Shown here: piece after piece, positions 10,122 to 19,600 of the stretch | Layout of the letters: the number at the start of each line of letters is the position of its first letter | How positions within the stretch are numbered: the stretch's first letter is position 1 | Assembly (NCBI GenBank): GCA_963727805.1 | Contig: CAVSHF010000004.1 | Span: 32,001 to 96,000, forward strand | Direction of reading: 5' to 3' | DNA length: 64,000 nt | Origin: an uncultured Nitrospiraceae bacterium | GTDB lineage: Bacteria; Nitrospirota; Thermodesulfovibrionia; Thermodesulfovibrionales; Dissulfurispiraceae | Notes under the pieces: generated by a model | What the model was told of the DNA's origin: nothing | Databases searched by the model: none | The model's input: only the letters and a program-made list of their open reading frames with translations | Program-made: the position numbers and the translations under genes

Positions 10122-10682
10122 TCACATGTGAACGTCGCAGATAATGATATGACCGAGGGCGGCTATACCGATAACATCGCCGGCCTGCTTCCGCTTTGCG
10201 GTGAGAAAGATGTCATCGGGACTCGGCGTCGGATTTCCGCTCGGATGATTATGGATGAAGATGAGCGATACGGAGGATGCTCTTATCGCCTCCTTGATGC
10301 CTGATGGCGATACAAAAACGAATTGGTGGGTGTGCCTTCGGATATAAGAATGGATCGCGGAGCTTGAGAAAAAAATGGGAGTACTGTCGTTGCATTGGGC
10401 CTCAAATACCGCTTTGCCTTGAGCTATCTTTGCTGTCTCAATACCCGTGATAGCGGCGCGATTGGCGCCCAATGCGCTGTCCAGATTGAGGAGATGCTCA
10501 TAAGTATAGTGGAATGCGATAGCAAGTCCCACCACCCCTTTATCGCTGCTGTCAGTCTTGCGCATCGCAAGCAGTTGGACATCCGAAAGGGCCTGAGCTC
10601 CGTGTCCGAGAATACATTCCCGCGGCCTTTCATTGTCGGGCCACTCATTACCTGTCGCGCAAGAGTTTATCTTGCGACTCAC
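10122..10682 (-). pseudogene. radC: Eroded RadC (JAB/MPN) gene
   Basis: ERPRE, LSD..LLA and HNHPSGNPTPS..D are present, but internal segments are missing and DHII is changed to GHII. Confidence 0.6.
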
Positions 10683-10702
10683 TTTTCAACCCTCGTATCA
10701 GC

Positions 10703-12667
10703 TTATTTTATCTTTGCACCTGTCTTTACGTCCCTTTCCGGTGTGAGAACCGTAAGGGTCCCCTCGTTGTCGGTGGCAGCCAGCAGCATACCCTGGGATT
10801 CGACCCCCATAAGTTTGACCGGCTTCAGATTGGCGAGCACGACGATCTTTTTGCCAATTAGGTCCTCAGGCGAATATGCCTTTCCAATGCCCGCCACGAT
10901 CTGGCGCTCCTCTCCGATATCGACCTTCAACTTTATAAGCTTATCGGACTTCTCTACTTTCTCAGCTGCTATTACCACACCTATCTTGAGTTCAATCTTC
11001 GCAAAATCCTCGATGCCGATCGTCTCTATTAACGTAACAGGTGGCGCTTCGGTCATTTTGGGGTTGTCCTTTTGTGTTTCCACCCTTTGCGTCTTCTGAG
11101 TTTTATTCCCTTTTTCGATCCTCGGGAAGATCTGATCGCCCTTTGTAACTTTTATCTCGTGTAACGGGTTCCATTCCCATGTGAAAATGCAGGAACGGTT
11201 CTGTTCCACATCTTCTGTTAGAGAACGGAGGCCGAGCTGTTTCCACATGCTTTCTGCTGTTGAAGGCATGAAGGGATAAATCGACACGGCTGTTACCCTT
11301 AGAGCATTCCAGATTTCGAAGATAACCGTCTTGAGTGCAGCGGGATCGCTTTTAGCCAGTTTCCAGGGCTCTGTGCGCGCGATATGGTTGTTTGTCGCTC
11401 TGACGATGTTCCATATATGTTCGAGGATGGCATGCAACTTGAGATGGGACCAGTACGTATCCGCCCCATCGTCAAGGGCCAGGTTGAGTTCACCGGCACA
11501 TTCATCTGCGAAATCTCTTGCGATATAGAGTTCGGGCCGTTCTATGCGTCCGTCAAAATACTTTTCTGCCATGGTAAGGAAACGGCTGAGCAGATTGCCG
11601 AGGTCGTTGGCGAGGTCGGTATTGATCCGCCTGATCAGTGCATTTTCCGAGAAATCCCCGTCCAGGCCGAAGGTGACTTCTCTGAAGAGGAAAAACCTGA
11701 ACGCATCGGCACCGTACTTATCAGCCATTGCATTGGGGTCTACGACATTGCCAAGGGATTTCGACATCTTGGCGCCGCTGATCGTCCACCACCCGTGAGC
11801 GAATATATTTTTTGGAAGTGGCAGTCCGAGGGCCATAAGCATCGTTGACCAGTAGACCGAATGAGTTGTCAGTATGTCTTTACCGATGAGATGATGATCT
11901 GCAGGCCACCAGTCGTTACGAACCTCAGGAGCAAGATATGTTGTCGCTGAATAATAATTAACCAGCGCATCAAACCATACATAGGTTGTATAATTTTCAT
12001 CGAAGGGCAGGGGGATACCCCAGGCGAGCCTGCTCTTGGGTCTCGAAATGCAGAGGTCTCCGAGCGGCTTTGATTTTAAAAAACCGAGCACCTCATTTTT
12101 TCGCGTTTCAGGCAGAATAAATGTCTCGTTCTGCTCGATATAATCGATGAGTCTTTGCTGATACTTTGACATGAGAAAGAAGTAATTTTCTTCTTCGATA
12201 GGCTCTACCGGCCGGGCACAGTCGGGACAGATGCTCTCGGTGATATCCTTATCCGTCCAGAACCGCTCGCAGGGAGTACAGTACATGCCGCAATAAGAGC
12301 GCTTCTCGATCTCACCTTTGTCGTAGAGTTCCTGCAAGAGGTCACTGACGCATTTTTGATGTTGCTTGTCAGTCGTTCTGATGAAGGCGTCATTGCTGAT
12401 GGACAGCTTTGCCCAGCTCTTCTTGAAGTTATCGACCATGAGATCGGCGTGCTCCATTGGCGTCCGGCCCTTTTCCCTGGCTGCCTTTTCAACCTTCTGA
12501 CCGTGCTCGTCTGTTCCAGTGAGGAAAAAAACATCTCGTCCCTTGAGTCGATGGTATCGGGCAAGGACGTCGGCTGCTATTGTCGTGTAGGCATGCCCGA
12601 TATGGGGGATGTCGTTAACATAATATATCGGCGTAGTGATATAAAAGTTTGTTTTCTGTGAACTCAT
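10703..12667 (-). CDS. metG: Methionine-tRNA ligase
   Basis: HIGH, GTDEHG, YVWFDAL, KMSKS and C-terminal tRNA-binding OB domain. Confidence 0.97.
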   Translation of the reverse strand: MSSQKTNFYITTPIYYVNDIPHIGHAYTTIAADVLARYHRLKGRDVFFLTGTDEHGQKVEKAAREKGRTPMEHADLMVDNFKKSWAKLSISNDAFIRTTDKQHQKCVSDLLQELYDKGEIEKRSYCGMYCTPCERFWTDKDITESICPDCARPVEPIEEENYFFLMSKYQQRLIDYIEQNETFILPETRKNEVLGFLKSKPLGDLCISRPKSRLAWGIPLPFDENYTTYVWFDALVNYYSATTYLAPEVRNDWWPADHHLIGKDILTTHSVYWSTMLMALGLPLPKNIFAHGWWTISGAKMSKSLGNVVDPNAMADKYGADAFRFFLFREVTFGLDGDFSENALIRRINTDLANDLGNLLSRFLTMAEKYFDGRIERPELYIARDFADECAGELNLALDDGADTYWSHLKLHAILEHIWNIVRATNNHIARTEPWKLAKSDPAALKTVIFEIWNALRVTAVSIYPFMPSTAESMWKQLGLRSLTEDVEQNRSCIFTWEWNPLHEIKVTKGDQIFPRIEKGNKTQKTQRVETQKDNPKMTEAPPVTLIETIGIEDFAKIELKIGVVIAAEKVEKSDKLIKLKVDIGEERQIVAGIGKAYSPEDLIGKKIVVLANLKPVKLMGVESQGMLLAATDNEGTLTVLTPERDVKTGAKIK

Positions 12668-13632
12668 TTTTTGAAACGCCTCCTTCTGTGCCGTCTACGG
12701 TCTTTTTGCCCCTGTTCATCGCTTTTCTTATCCTCTTCTTTAGGGATAGTTGGTGGAGTTGAGAGCGGGACCGCCGGCGATTCAGTATTTTGTGCTTCCG
12801 TGCTGGCAGTGGCAGGTTGAGCATGCTGAGCATGCTGCTCTCCCTGTTCAGCCGGATGAGCTGGCTGAGCCGGATGAGTCGATCTGGCCGGATGGGGCTT
12901 CTTTTCTCTTTGGTGCGATTTAGAAATCTTTTTCTCAACTATCTCGATTGGGGCGTCCTCCGCGCCGAGAGGTATCACGTCATCAGTGGCAATAGTCCCA
13001 AGGTCCCCGTCATATTCGTATCTGAGGCAGCACATGAGCCTGCTGCAGAGGCCCGAGAGCTTGCCGATATTTAATACCATTTCCTGTTTCTTAGCCATTT
13101 TTATCGATACCGGCTCGAAGGTAGTCAGGAAGGTATTGCAGCACAAAGGTCTGCCGCAGACGCCGAAGCCACCGACGAGTTTGGCCTCGTCACGTACCCC
13201 AATCTGTCTCATTTCGATCCTGGTTTTGAAGCGGGCGGCAAGGTCTTTTACTAGTTCCCTGAAATCGATTCTCCCCTCCGCAGTAAAATAAAAAACGATC
13301 CTCTTTCTGTCGAGGGTCGCCTCGGTCGAAACAAGCTTCATAGGGAGCCCCCTCGCCATGATCCTCTCCAGGCAGAAGTCGCGAGTCTCTTTTTCGAGTT
13401 TCTTGTTCTCCTCCTGGGTTTTAAAATCATCATCGGCAGCGAGCCGGACAACGCGTTTCAATTCCCTTTCGCTCTTCTCGATCGTAATTCGCTCTCTGAC
13501 AACCCTTCCGAGGCTAAGGCCAAAATCGGACTCTACTACGACATAATCACCCTCTTTTACCTCAATAGCGTCGACTTCAAAGTCGTATATTTTGCCGCAT
13601 GATTTGAATCTGATACCGATTATATCGGGCAT
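12664..13632 (-). CDS. ricT: RicT/YaaT (PSP1 domain) protein
   Basis: RIDFRELVKDLA, RIEMRQIG.RDEA, G.CGR.LCC, C.RLMCCL.YE; holB-ricT-metG synteny; low-complexity tail. Confidence 0.9.
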   Translation of the reverse strand: MPDIIGIRFKSCGKIYDFEVDAIEVKEGDYVVVESDFGLSLGRVVRERITIEKSERELKRVVRLAADDDFKTQEENKKLEKETRDFCLERIMARGLPMKLVSTEATLDRKRIVFYFTAEGRIDFRELVKDLAARFKTRIEMRQIGVRDEAKLVGGFGVCGRPLCCNTFLTTFEPVSIKMAKKQEMVLNIGKLSGLCSRLMCCLRYEYDGDLGTIATDDVIPLGAEDAPIEIVEKKISKSHQREKKPHPARSTHPAQPAHPAEQGEQHAQHAQPATASTEAQNTESPAVPLSTPPTIPKEEDKKSDEQGQKDRRRHRRRRFKK

Positions 13633-13693
13633 TTATTGTTATTCCTCCGTAAAACGCTATTTGGCAGCCGAATACTGGTTCCAGATCGTATTA

Positions 13694-14644
13694 TTAATGA
13701 TCTCGATGTCGCGGCTGGACGACTGTATTTTGTATTATACCCGATACGTAGTTCCATGTGATTGATTTGTTAAGATTAAGGTCGATCAAGCCCCGCACTT
13801 TCTGGAGGCGCTGATAAGCATCGAGTACCAGCCCGATTTTCCCGGCTGTGTACTTTTCTCCGTATAAAAGGTCTGATTCCCTCCCCGTAATACCTAAAAC
13901 AGCAACGTCTCTTAGAAGAACGAAGGACAGATCAAGCCACTGTTTTATTTCATTCTTGTCAGACCATGCACAGCGGGTTTCTCCCCGCGTCATGCCGGTT
14001 AAAATGTCCAGGAACCATTTCTTTTCCTTGGCAAAGTCCTTTGAGATGCCGATTCCCGGTCTTCCCGTAATAAGTCCTGAAAAGGGCCCGAGGTTTTTGC
14101 CAGGGGCTTTTAAGGAAAGTACACGTTTAAATGCTTCGTCTGAAAGCGGGCGAAAACGGATATGCATGCAACGAGACCGTATAGTTTCAGGCAACCGGTC
14201 AGGGCTAGCCGATACCAGGATGATAATGCTATCTGACGGGGGCTCTTCGAGGGTCTTGAGAAAAGCATTGGCGGCATTGATGTTCATAAAGTCAGCGTCA
14301 TCGAAGATGAGGACCTTTTTCATGCCCTCGTATGGTCTGAGAGAAAGCATCTCTCCTGCCCGCCGAATCGCCTCTATCCTGATTTCATCATTTTCGGGTA
14401 GCAGGGTAGTGACGTCAGGATGCGACTCGACATCAATCTTTCTGCACGAATTACAGTGGTCGCAGGCGTCGAAATCGACAGGCTCCAGGCAGTTGAGGGC
14501 TTTTGCATAGTTGAGGGCAGCAAGCCTTTTGCCGATGCCGGAGTCTCCGGAGAGTAAAATGGAAGAGGGCACGTGTCCTGTCTTTAAAGTGCCAGAAAGG
14601 ATCCGGACTGCCTTGTCCTGCCCTATGATAGTGTGCAAGGACAT
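13694..14644 (-). CDS. holB: DNA polymerase III subunit delta'
   Basis: G..GIGK, C..C.SC zinc motif, HPD, AANAFLKTLEEP, TIRSRC. Confidence 0.93.
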   Translation of the reverse strand: MSLHTIIGQDKAVRILSGTLKTGHVPSSILLSGDSGIGKRLAALNYAKALNCLEPVDFDACDHCNSCRKIDVESHPDVTTLLPENDEIRIEAIRRAGEMLSLRPYEGMKKVLIFDDADFMNINAANAFLKTLEEPPSDSIIILVSASPDRLPETIRSRCMHIRFRPLSDEAFKRVLSLKAPGKNLGPFSGLITGRPGIGISKDFAKEKKWFLDILTGMTRGETRCAWSDKNEIKQWLDLSFVLLRDVAVLGITGRESDLLYGEKYTAGKIGLVLDAYQRLQKVRGLIDLNLNKSITWNYVSGIIQNTVVQPRHRDH

Positions 14645-14695
14645 ATCAGATTATTAGGGTTATGAGTTGATATTTATAGAGTGATACGCTCGTCA

Positions 14696-15358
14696 TCATA
14701 ACAGTCCTTTTTCCTTCATTGCTGCGCCGACAATCTCCCATAGGATGTTCTGGACTTTTTCAAGCGGAAGGGAAGCATCTATTATTTTGACCCGTATAGG
14801 GTCTTTCTTAGCAATCTCGTTAAACCCTTTCAGGACCCTTTGATGGAATTCAATATCTTCAAGTTCAAGCCTGTCGACCTTGTTGATCTTTCTGTTCCTC
14901 TTGAGTCCCGTCTCGATGTCGAGGTCAAACAGAAGGGTCAGGTCGGGTTTGATCCCGCTGGTGGCTATAGCATCGAGTGAGGCGATGAGTGCTAGATCGA
15001 TGCCGCGGCCATATCCCTGATAGGCTACCGTCGAGTCGGAAAATCTGTCGGTAATGACGATCTTCCCTTCTTTCAGTGCTGGCCCGATTTTCTCCGATAG
15101 GAGCTGAGCACGTGCTGCATTGTATAGAAGTAGTTCAGTCACAAAGGACATCTCACTGTGATCGGGAAGGAGTAATATCTCCCGTATCCTGCTGCCGATA
15201 ACCGTGCCTCCCGGCTCCTGGGTTAGAAATACATCGAATCCGGTCTTTGACAAACGTTCGGCAAGTAATGCGGCCTGGGTTGTTTTGCCGGTGCCTTCGA
15301 TTCCTTCAAGAGAAATGAAGAAGCCCGCTCTTTTTGTGGTTTTAGATTTGGCTGCCAT
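14696..15358 (-). CDS. tmk: Thymidylate kinase
   Basis: EGIEGTGKTTQ, EPGG, DRFSDSTVAYQG. Confidence 0.96.
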   Translation of the reverse strand: MAAKSKTTKRAGFFISLEGIEGTGKTTQAALLAERLSKTGFDVFLTQEPGGTVIGSRIREILLLPDHSEMSFVTELLLYNAARAQLLSEKIGPALKEGKIVITDRFSDSTVAYQGYGRGIDLALIASLDAIATSGIKPDLTLLFDLDIETGLKRNRKINKVDRLELEDIEFHQRVLKGFNEIAKKDPIRVKIIDASLPLEKVQNILWEIVGAAMKEKGLL

Positions 15359-15370
15359 AGTCGGACAATA

Positions 15371-16387
15371 TCATCCGACCATCGCTTCTTTTGCGCGCAT
15401 GGTCAACTGAAATATCTTTGTCGCTTCTTCAACAGTTCTCGAGCCGGTCCCGCAGGAAGGAGTGATCAGGGACTGGGAATAAACACTATCTGATCCGATG
15501 CGGGTATGCAATGCTGACACCCTCTTTTTCAAGAGGGTGGAGATATCTGTGTCAGAGACTGACAGAATCGCGTCCGAGGTCGGCACTATTCCCCAGGCCA
15601 GATATCCTCCCTTTTCGAAAAAACCTTTAAGATCTTCGTAATAAAGGGCAAGCGTATCGAAATATTCAAAGGCATCGAAATTGAGCATCCTGACGCCGCT
15701 TTGTATGATCATCTTCCAATCGGCCTTTCCGCAGCAATGTGTGCCGGATATGCCTCCTGCACCTTCGATGGCTGATACAGTGTCGCCGAGCAACCTCATT
15801 ATCTCGCTCTCCTTGACACCCATATAAGAAGAACTCCCGACGGCGGAGAAAATAGGTTCATCGATAAAAATAATCACCTCATCTGCAAATTGCTTTAGAA
15901 TATCAACCTGCCAGCGGGCTTTTGCCTGCAGGAGCATGGAGCCGACCTCACGTAATTCCTCGTCGAAATAAATAGCCGCTCCCCTGCTGTCTTTAAGTCC
16001 GAGGGTAAAGGTGAGGGGACCCGTGATGTGCCCTTTCAATAGCCTGAATTTTCTATGTTTGACGGATTTCAGAAAGGCGTGCAACCCGGCAGCATAATCT
16101 TCTGATATCGCGATCCTCGTACTGTCCGTATGTGATTCATAGAACCGCTCAAGCTCATCGCTTCCGTCCCTTTCGACGTGAACCTTTTGATGTTCCTCAT
16201 CGATTTTTAAAAAGGGCATTCCCTCGGCATACTGGAGGACCATCGACTCCCTGAAAGAGTATTTCGGCAACTGGGGCCAAAAGGGGATGTCGAAGACCGC
16301 CTCGATAAGGGCGCAGGCCTCCTGTGGGCGCGTGTGAGGGGTACTGCCTATGCCGGTGGTGGAAAAAGGGCTTATGATACTGGACAT
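15371..16387 (-). CDS. Core (folate-independent, MesB-like) methionine synthase
   Basis: Single MetE-type barrel: TGIGS.P, PFWPQLP, KGHITGP.T, FIDEP, zinc motif HCCG, LAWGIVP, ITPSCG. Confidence 0.7.
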   Translation of the reverse strand: MSSIISPFSTTGIGSTPHTRPQEACALIEAVFDIPFWPQLPKYSFRESMVLQYAEGMPFLKIDEEHQKVHVERDGSDELERFYESHTDSTRIAISEDYAAGLHAFLKSVKHRKFRLLKGHITGPLTFTLGLKDSRGAAIYFDEELREVGSMLLQAKARWQVDILKQFADEVIIFIDEPIFSAVGSSSYMGVKESEIMRLLGDTVSAIEGAGGISGTHCCGKADWKMIIQSGVRMLNFDAFEYFDTLALYYEDLKGFFEKGGYLAWGIVPTSDAILSVSDTDISTLLKKRVSALHTRIGSDSVYSQSLITPSCGTGSRTVEEATKIFQLTMRAKEAMVG

Positions 16388-16517
16388 GTTGTATTATAAC
16401 ACTCCGGCCGGGAGACTGCGGTTGGATGCCTCCAAATTCTGCCGGTCAAATATTTTTCATGATAACGGTAACTGAGATTTGATTCCGGAGAGAGACCCTG
16501 CCGAGAAATATCCCGTG

Positions 16518-16610
16518 TTATTTTCTCCTTTGGGCCCTTGTGCTCCTGCGGAGCTTACTGTGTTTGTGTTTACGCATCTTCTTTTTGCGCCATTTGACTA
16601 CGCTTCCCAC
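16518..16610 (-). CDS. 30S ribosomal protein bS22 / AURKAIP1-COX24 (mS38) family small protein
   Basis: Not in the ORF track. GTG start after AGGAGGTG RBS; translation MGSVVKWRKKKMRKHKHSKLRRSTRAQRRK. Confidence 0.85.
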   Translation of the reverse strand: MGSVVKWRKKKMRKHKHSKLRRSTRAQRRK

Positions 16611-16628
16611 GACCTCACCTCCTTTTAA

Positions 16629-19600
16629 TTACTTCTCACTTCTCACTGCTTCCATAAAGGCTTCGAGCTGCAGTCCCATAGTCGGCGATTCACTGCCGTC
16701 GTAAGGGATACTAATGCATGGAATCCCGAAATCTTTCCCCATTTTTTTGAGTAATGCCGTCACAATTGTGCCAGGCATGCACCCAAAAGGCATTGCGTTG
16801 ATAATGCCTGCCGCCCCGCGCTCGATCAGGTCTATAGCCTTGCCGATGCTCAAGACTGTCTCTCCTTCAAAGGAGTCATGGACATATGGCGCTGCCTTCT
16901 TCATTATGTCCTTTATTTCCGGCTCGCTGACCGACTTCAAAAAACCCTCGAAGGGTTTCGAATACCTATGCTCGATCCGCTTTTGGAAAAAGCGTTTAGT
17001 AAAGAGATTCATGATATCAGACGTGTCTTTTTTTATCAAGGCCTTCCGCATAGACATGGCATTGATATAGTTGATCCACTCATCCATGGAAGAGAGCCAG
17101 ACCTCTCCCCCAAAGGCCTCAATTTTTCTGATCAAGTCTTCGTTAGAGAATTTGTGAGACCGGACGAATATCTCGCCGACTACTCCGATAAGGGGCTTCT
17201 TTTCGGGCCATTTTGGCATCGAGAGGAACTCTTTTTTCATTTGCTTGAGAATCCCCTCCATGTTCCCATTGCCACCTACGAGAGCCCTGTAAATTTTTTC
17301 ATGGTAAAGGGCATAGAGGGAATCGGCATCTCCCACCATTTTTTCATAAGGGCGTGCTTCATGGAGACATTTTGTGAGCAGATCATATGCGACAATACCC
17401 CTCCACGCTGTCATCGCGAAGCCGTTTCCTACAATGCCAATCGCACGGTAAAATTTGACATCCTGATTGGGGGAAAAGATGGGCACGTCATCGAGTCCGA
17501 GTTTATCGAGGATAAGTTTATGCGAAACGGTATACTGTCCAAAACGGCATGGGCCGCTACCCGAAGGCATAAAAAAGGCCGATTCATCGGGTCGAAAGTC
17601 AGAGGACAAGACCTTTTTCAGCATATCGCCTGCGGTGATCAGATACGGGTAACATTCCTTGCCAGAGACATGCCTTCTTCCGATGTCGACCGATTCCCTG
17701 TCCGAGTCGGGCAGCACCTCGGCTGAGACGCCACAGAATTCAAAGGCAGCCCTGACGGCATGGGAGTGGGCCGTCATGTGCGGCATATAGATGGTCCGTT
17801 TGTTAAGAGCGGCAGGTCTGACGCGCGAACGGGAAATTGAGGAAGTCATTTCGATCGGGTTGATCTTTCTATAGTCATTATCCCCATTACTTCTTCTTTG
17901 CTGTTCGATGCTGTCCAGGAATGCCTCGCATCGAGTAATGGCCCCGGCATCGGCACTGTGTTCGTCGATCTCGATATGCAGGAAGGGCTTCTCACCCATT
18001 TCTTCCTTAAAATATTTCAGTATAAAAGAATCAGGACCACACGAAAAATTCCCGATATATATCGCATAAAGGTTTGGATTGTTCCTTATGATCCGAGCGG
18101 CCTTCAATATTCGCTGGCCTGAGCGCCAGTACATGTTCGGCCACGAATCCCCCAGACTCTCGTCCTCAAGGGCCAGGAAATCCATGGGAATTGAGAGCAC
18201 ATCGATGTGGGAAAGCTTCTTTGGTATTTCGAGGTTGACCCCGGGATCGTAGGAATTATACGCCCTGCCGACAATAACGATAAGAGGCCGTTCGGGAGTC
18301 ACGGAATCCCTAAGTATTTCTTTACCTTTGTTCTTGATCGACCTTCTGAATTCAGACTGTGCGAGCTTTGCCGCGGTAAAGGCATGGTTAATGTCTCTCG
18401 CCTTAACGCCAAATTCAGCGAAAGTTTTTTTAATCTCTTTTTTGATATGAACTTCCCCGCGCTCGAAATCAATAACAGGTGTCAGCATCTTAAACCCGCC
18501 GATTGCCGCCATGGTGATATAGGGAATCGTCTGGGTATGAGGGCAGGCGAGGCCTGTGCTGTATTCGTTTGCTTCGTTGTTTATGTTAATAAAACTCGGG
18601 ATAAAGAGTGCGTCGACCCCCTCGTCCTTTAGATATTTAACATGGCCGTGGGATACCTTTACCGGAAAGCATGCCTCGGAAAGCACGTTTTCGACTCCTA
18701 AATTGATGATCTGCTTGTTTGTCCTTGGTGATACGACAACATCGAAGCCGAGCTCCCAGAGAAACGTTGACCAGAAGGGCAACAGGTCCTGAAAGAAGAA
18801 GATATATGGGATGCCGATTCTCGCCTTGCCTTCGCCTTGCCGCGCTTCTGCTCTTTTATTGTGCTCCTTCCAGAGCATCTCTTCCCTGTATGAGAAGAGG
18901 TCGGGGAGGACCGACTTTTGCGCGTGACGGATGTCATACTTTTCACATCTTCCGCCATAGAAGAGGGGGGTCGTTTCTCCCTGCACTTTTACCCTGTTGA
19001 TTTCGCATACATTAGGGCATCCTTTGCATTCGAAAGAATCGATCTCATAAGATCTTTGAGATAATTCGAGACCCTTAAAAGCTGTGGCTTTCAAAGGCGC
19101 GGCACTCATGCTCTTCATGGAGAGCAGGGCCATGCCGATAGCCCCGGTGACATCGTGGTTGTCAGGAACGGTAACCTTTGCGCCGGTATATTTTTCAAAG
19201 GCGGCGACGACGGCCTTGTTAAAGGCAACGCCTCCCTGAAAGAAGATGTTCTTACCCACGAATTTCCCTGCAACTACTCGGTTTATATAGTTCTGGACGA
19301 TCGAGTAGGCCAGGCCGGCGAGGAGGTCATCTTTTTCGTGGCCTTTCTGGAGGTTTGCCATCAGAGAGTTTTCCATGAAAACCGTACAGCGCTCTCCCAG
19401 TCTGCATGGATTTTTGGACCGGAACGAAGCATCGGCAAACTCATCTTTAACCGAGATATTAAGTTTCTCAGCCTGTTCCTCCAGAAAAGATCCGGTGCCC
19501 GCGGCACACGCCTTGTTCATCTCGAAATCGACGATAATACTGTCTCTGATAGAAATGTATTTCGAATCCTGACCGCCTATCTCGAAGATTGTATCGACGG

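Noticed and set aside
12780..12900. Short degenerate 9-nt repeats in the ricT 3' end
   Set aside because: They simply encode a low-complexity HPAQPA/QHAQ linker; there is no sign of a functional repeat array.
16388..16517. SAM or cobalamin riboswitch upstream of the methionine synthase
   Set aside because: No recognisable consensus, and an extended -10 lies only 5 nt from the ATG, leaving no leader.
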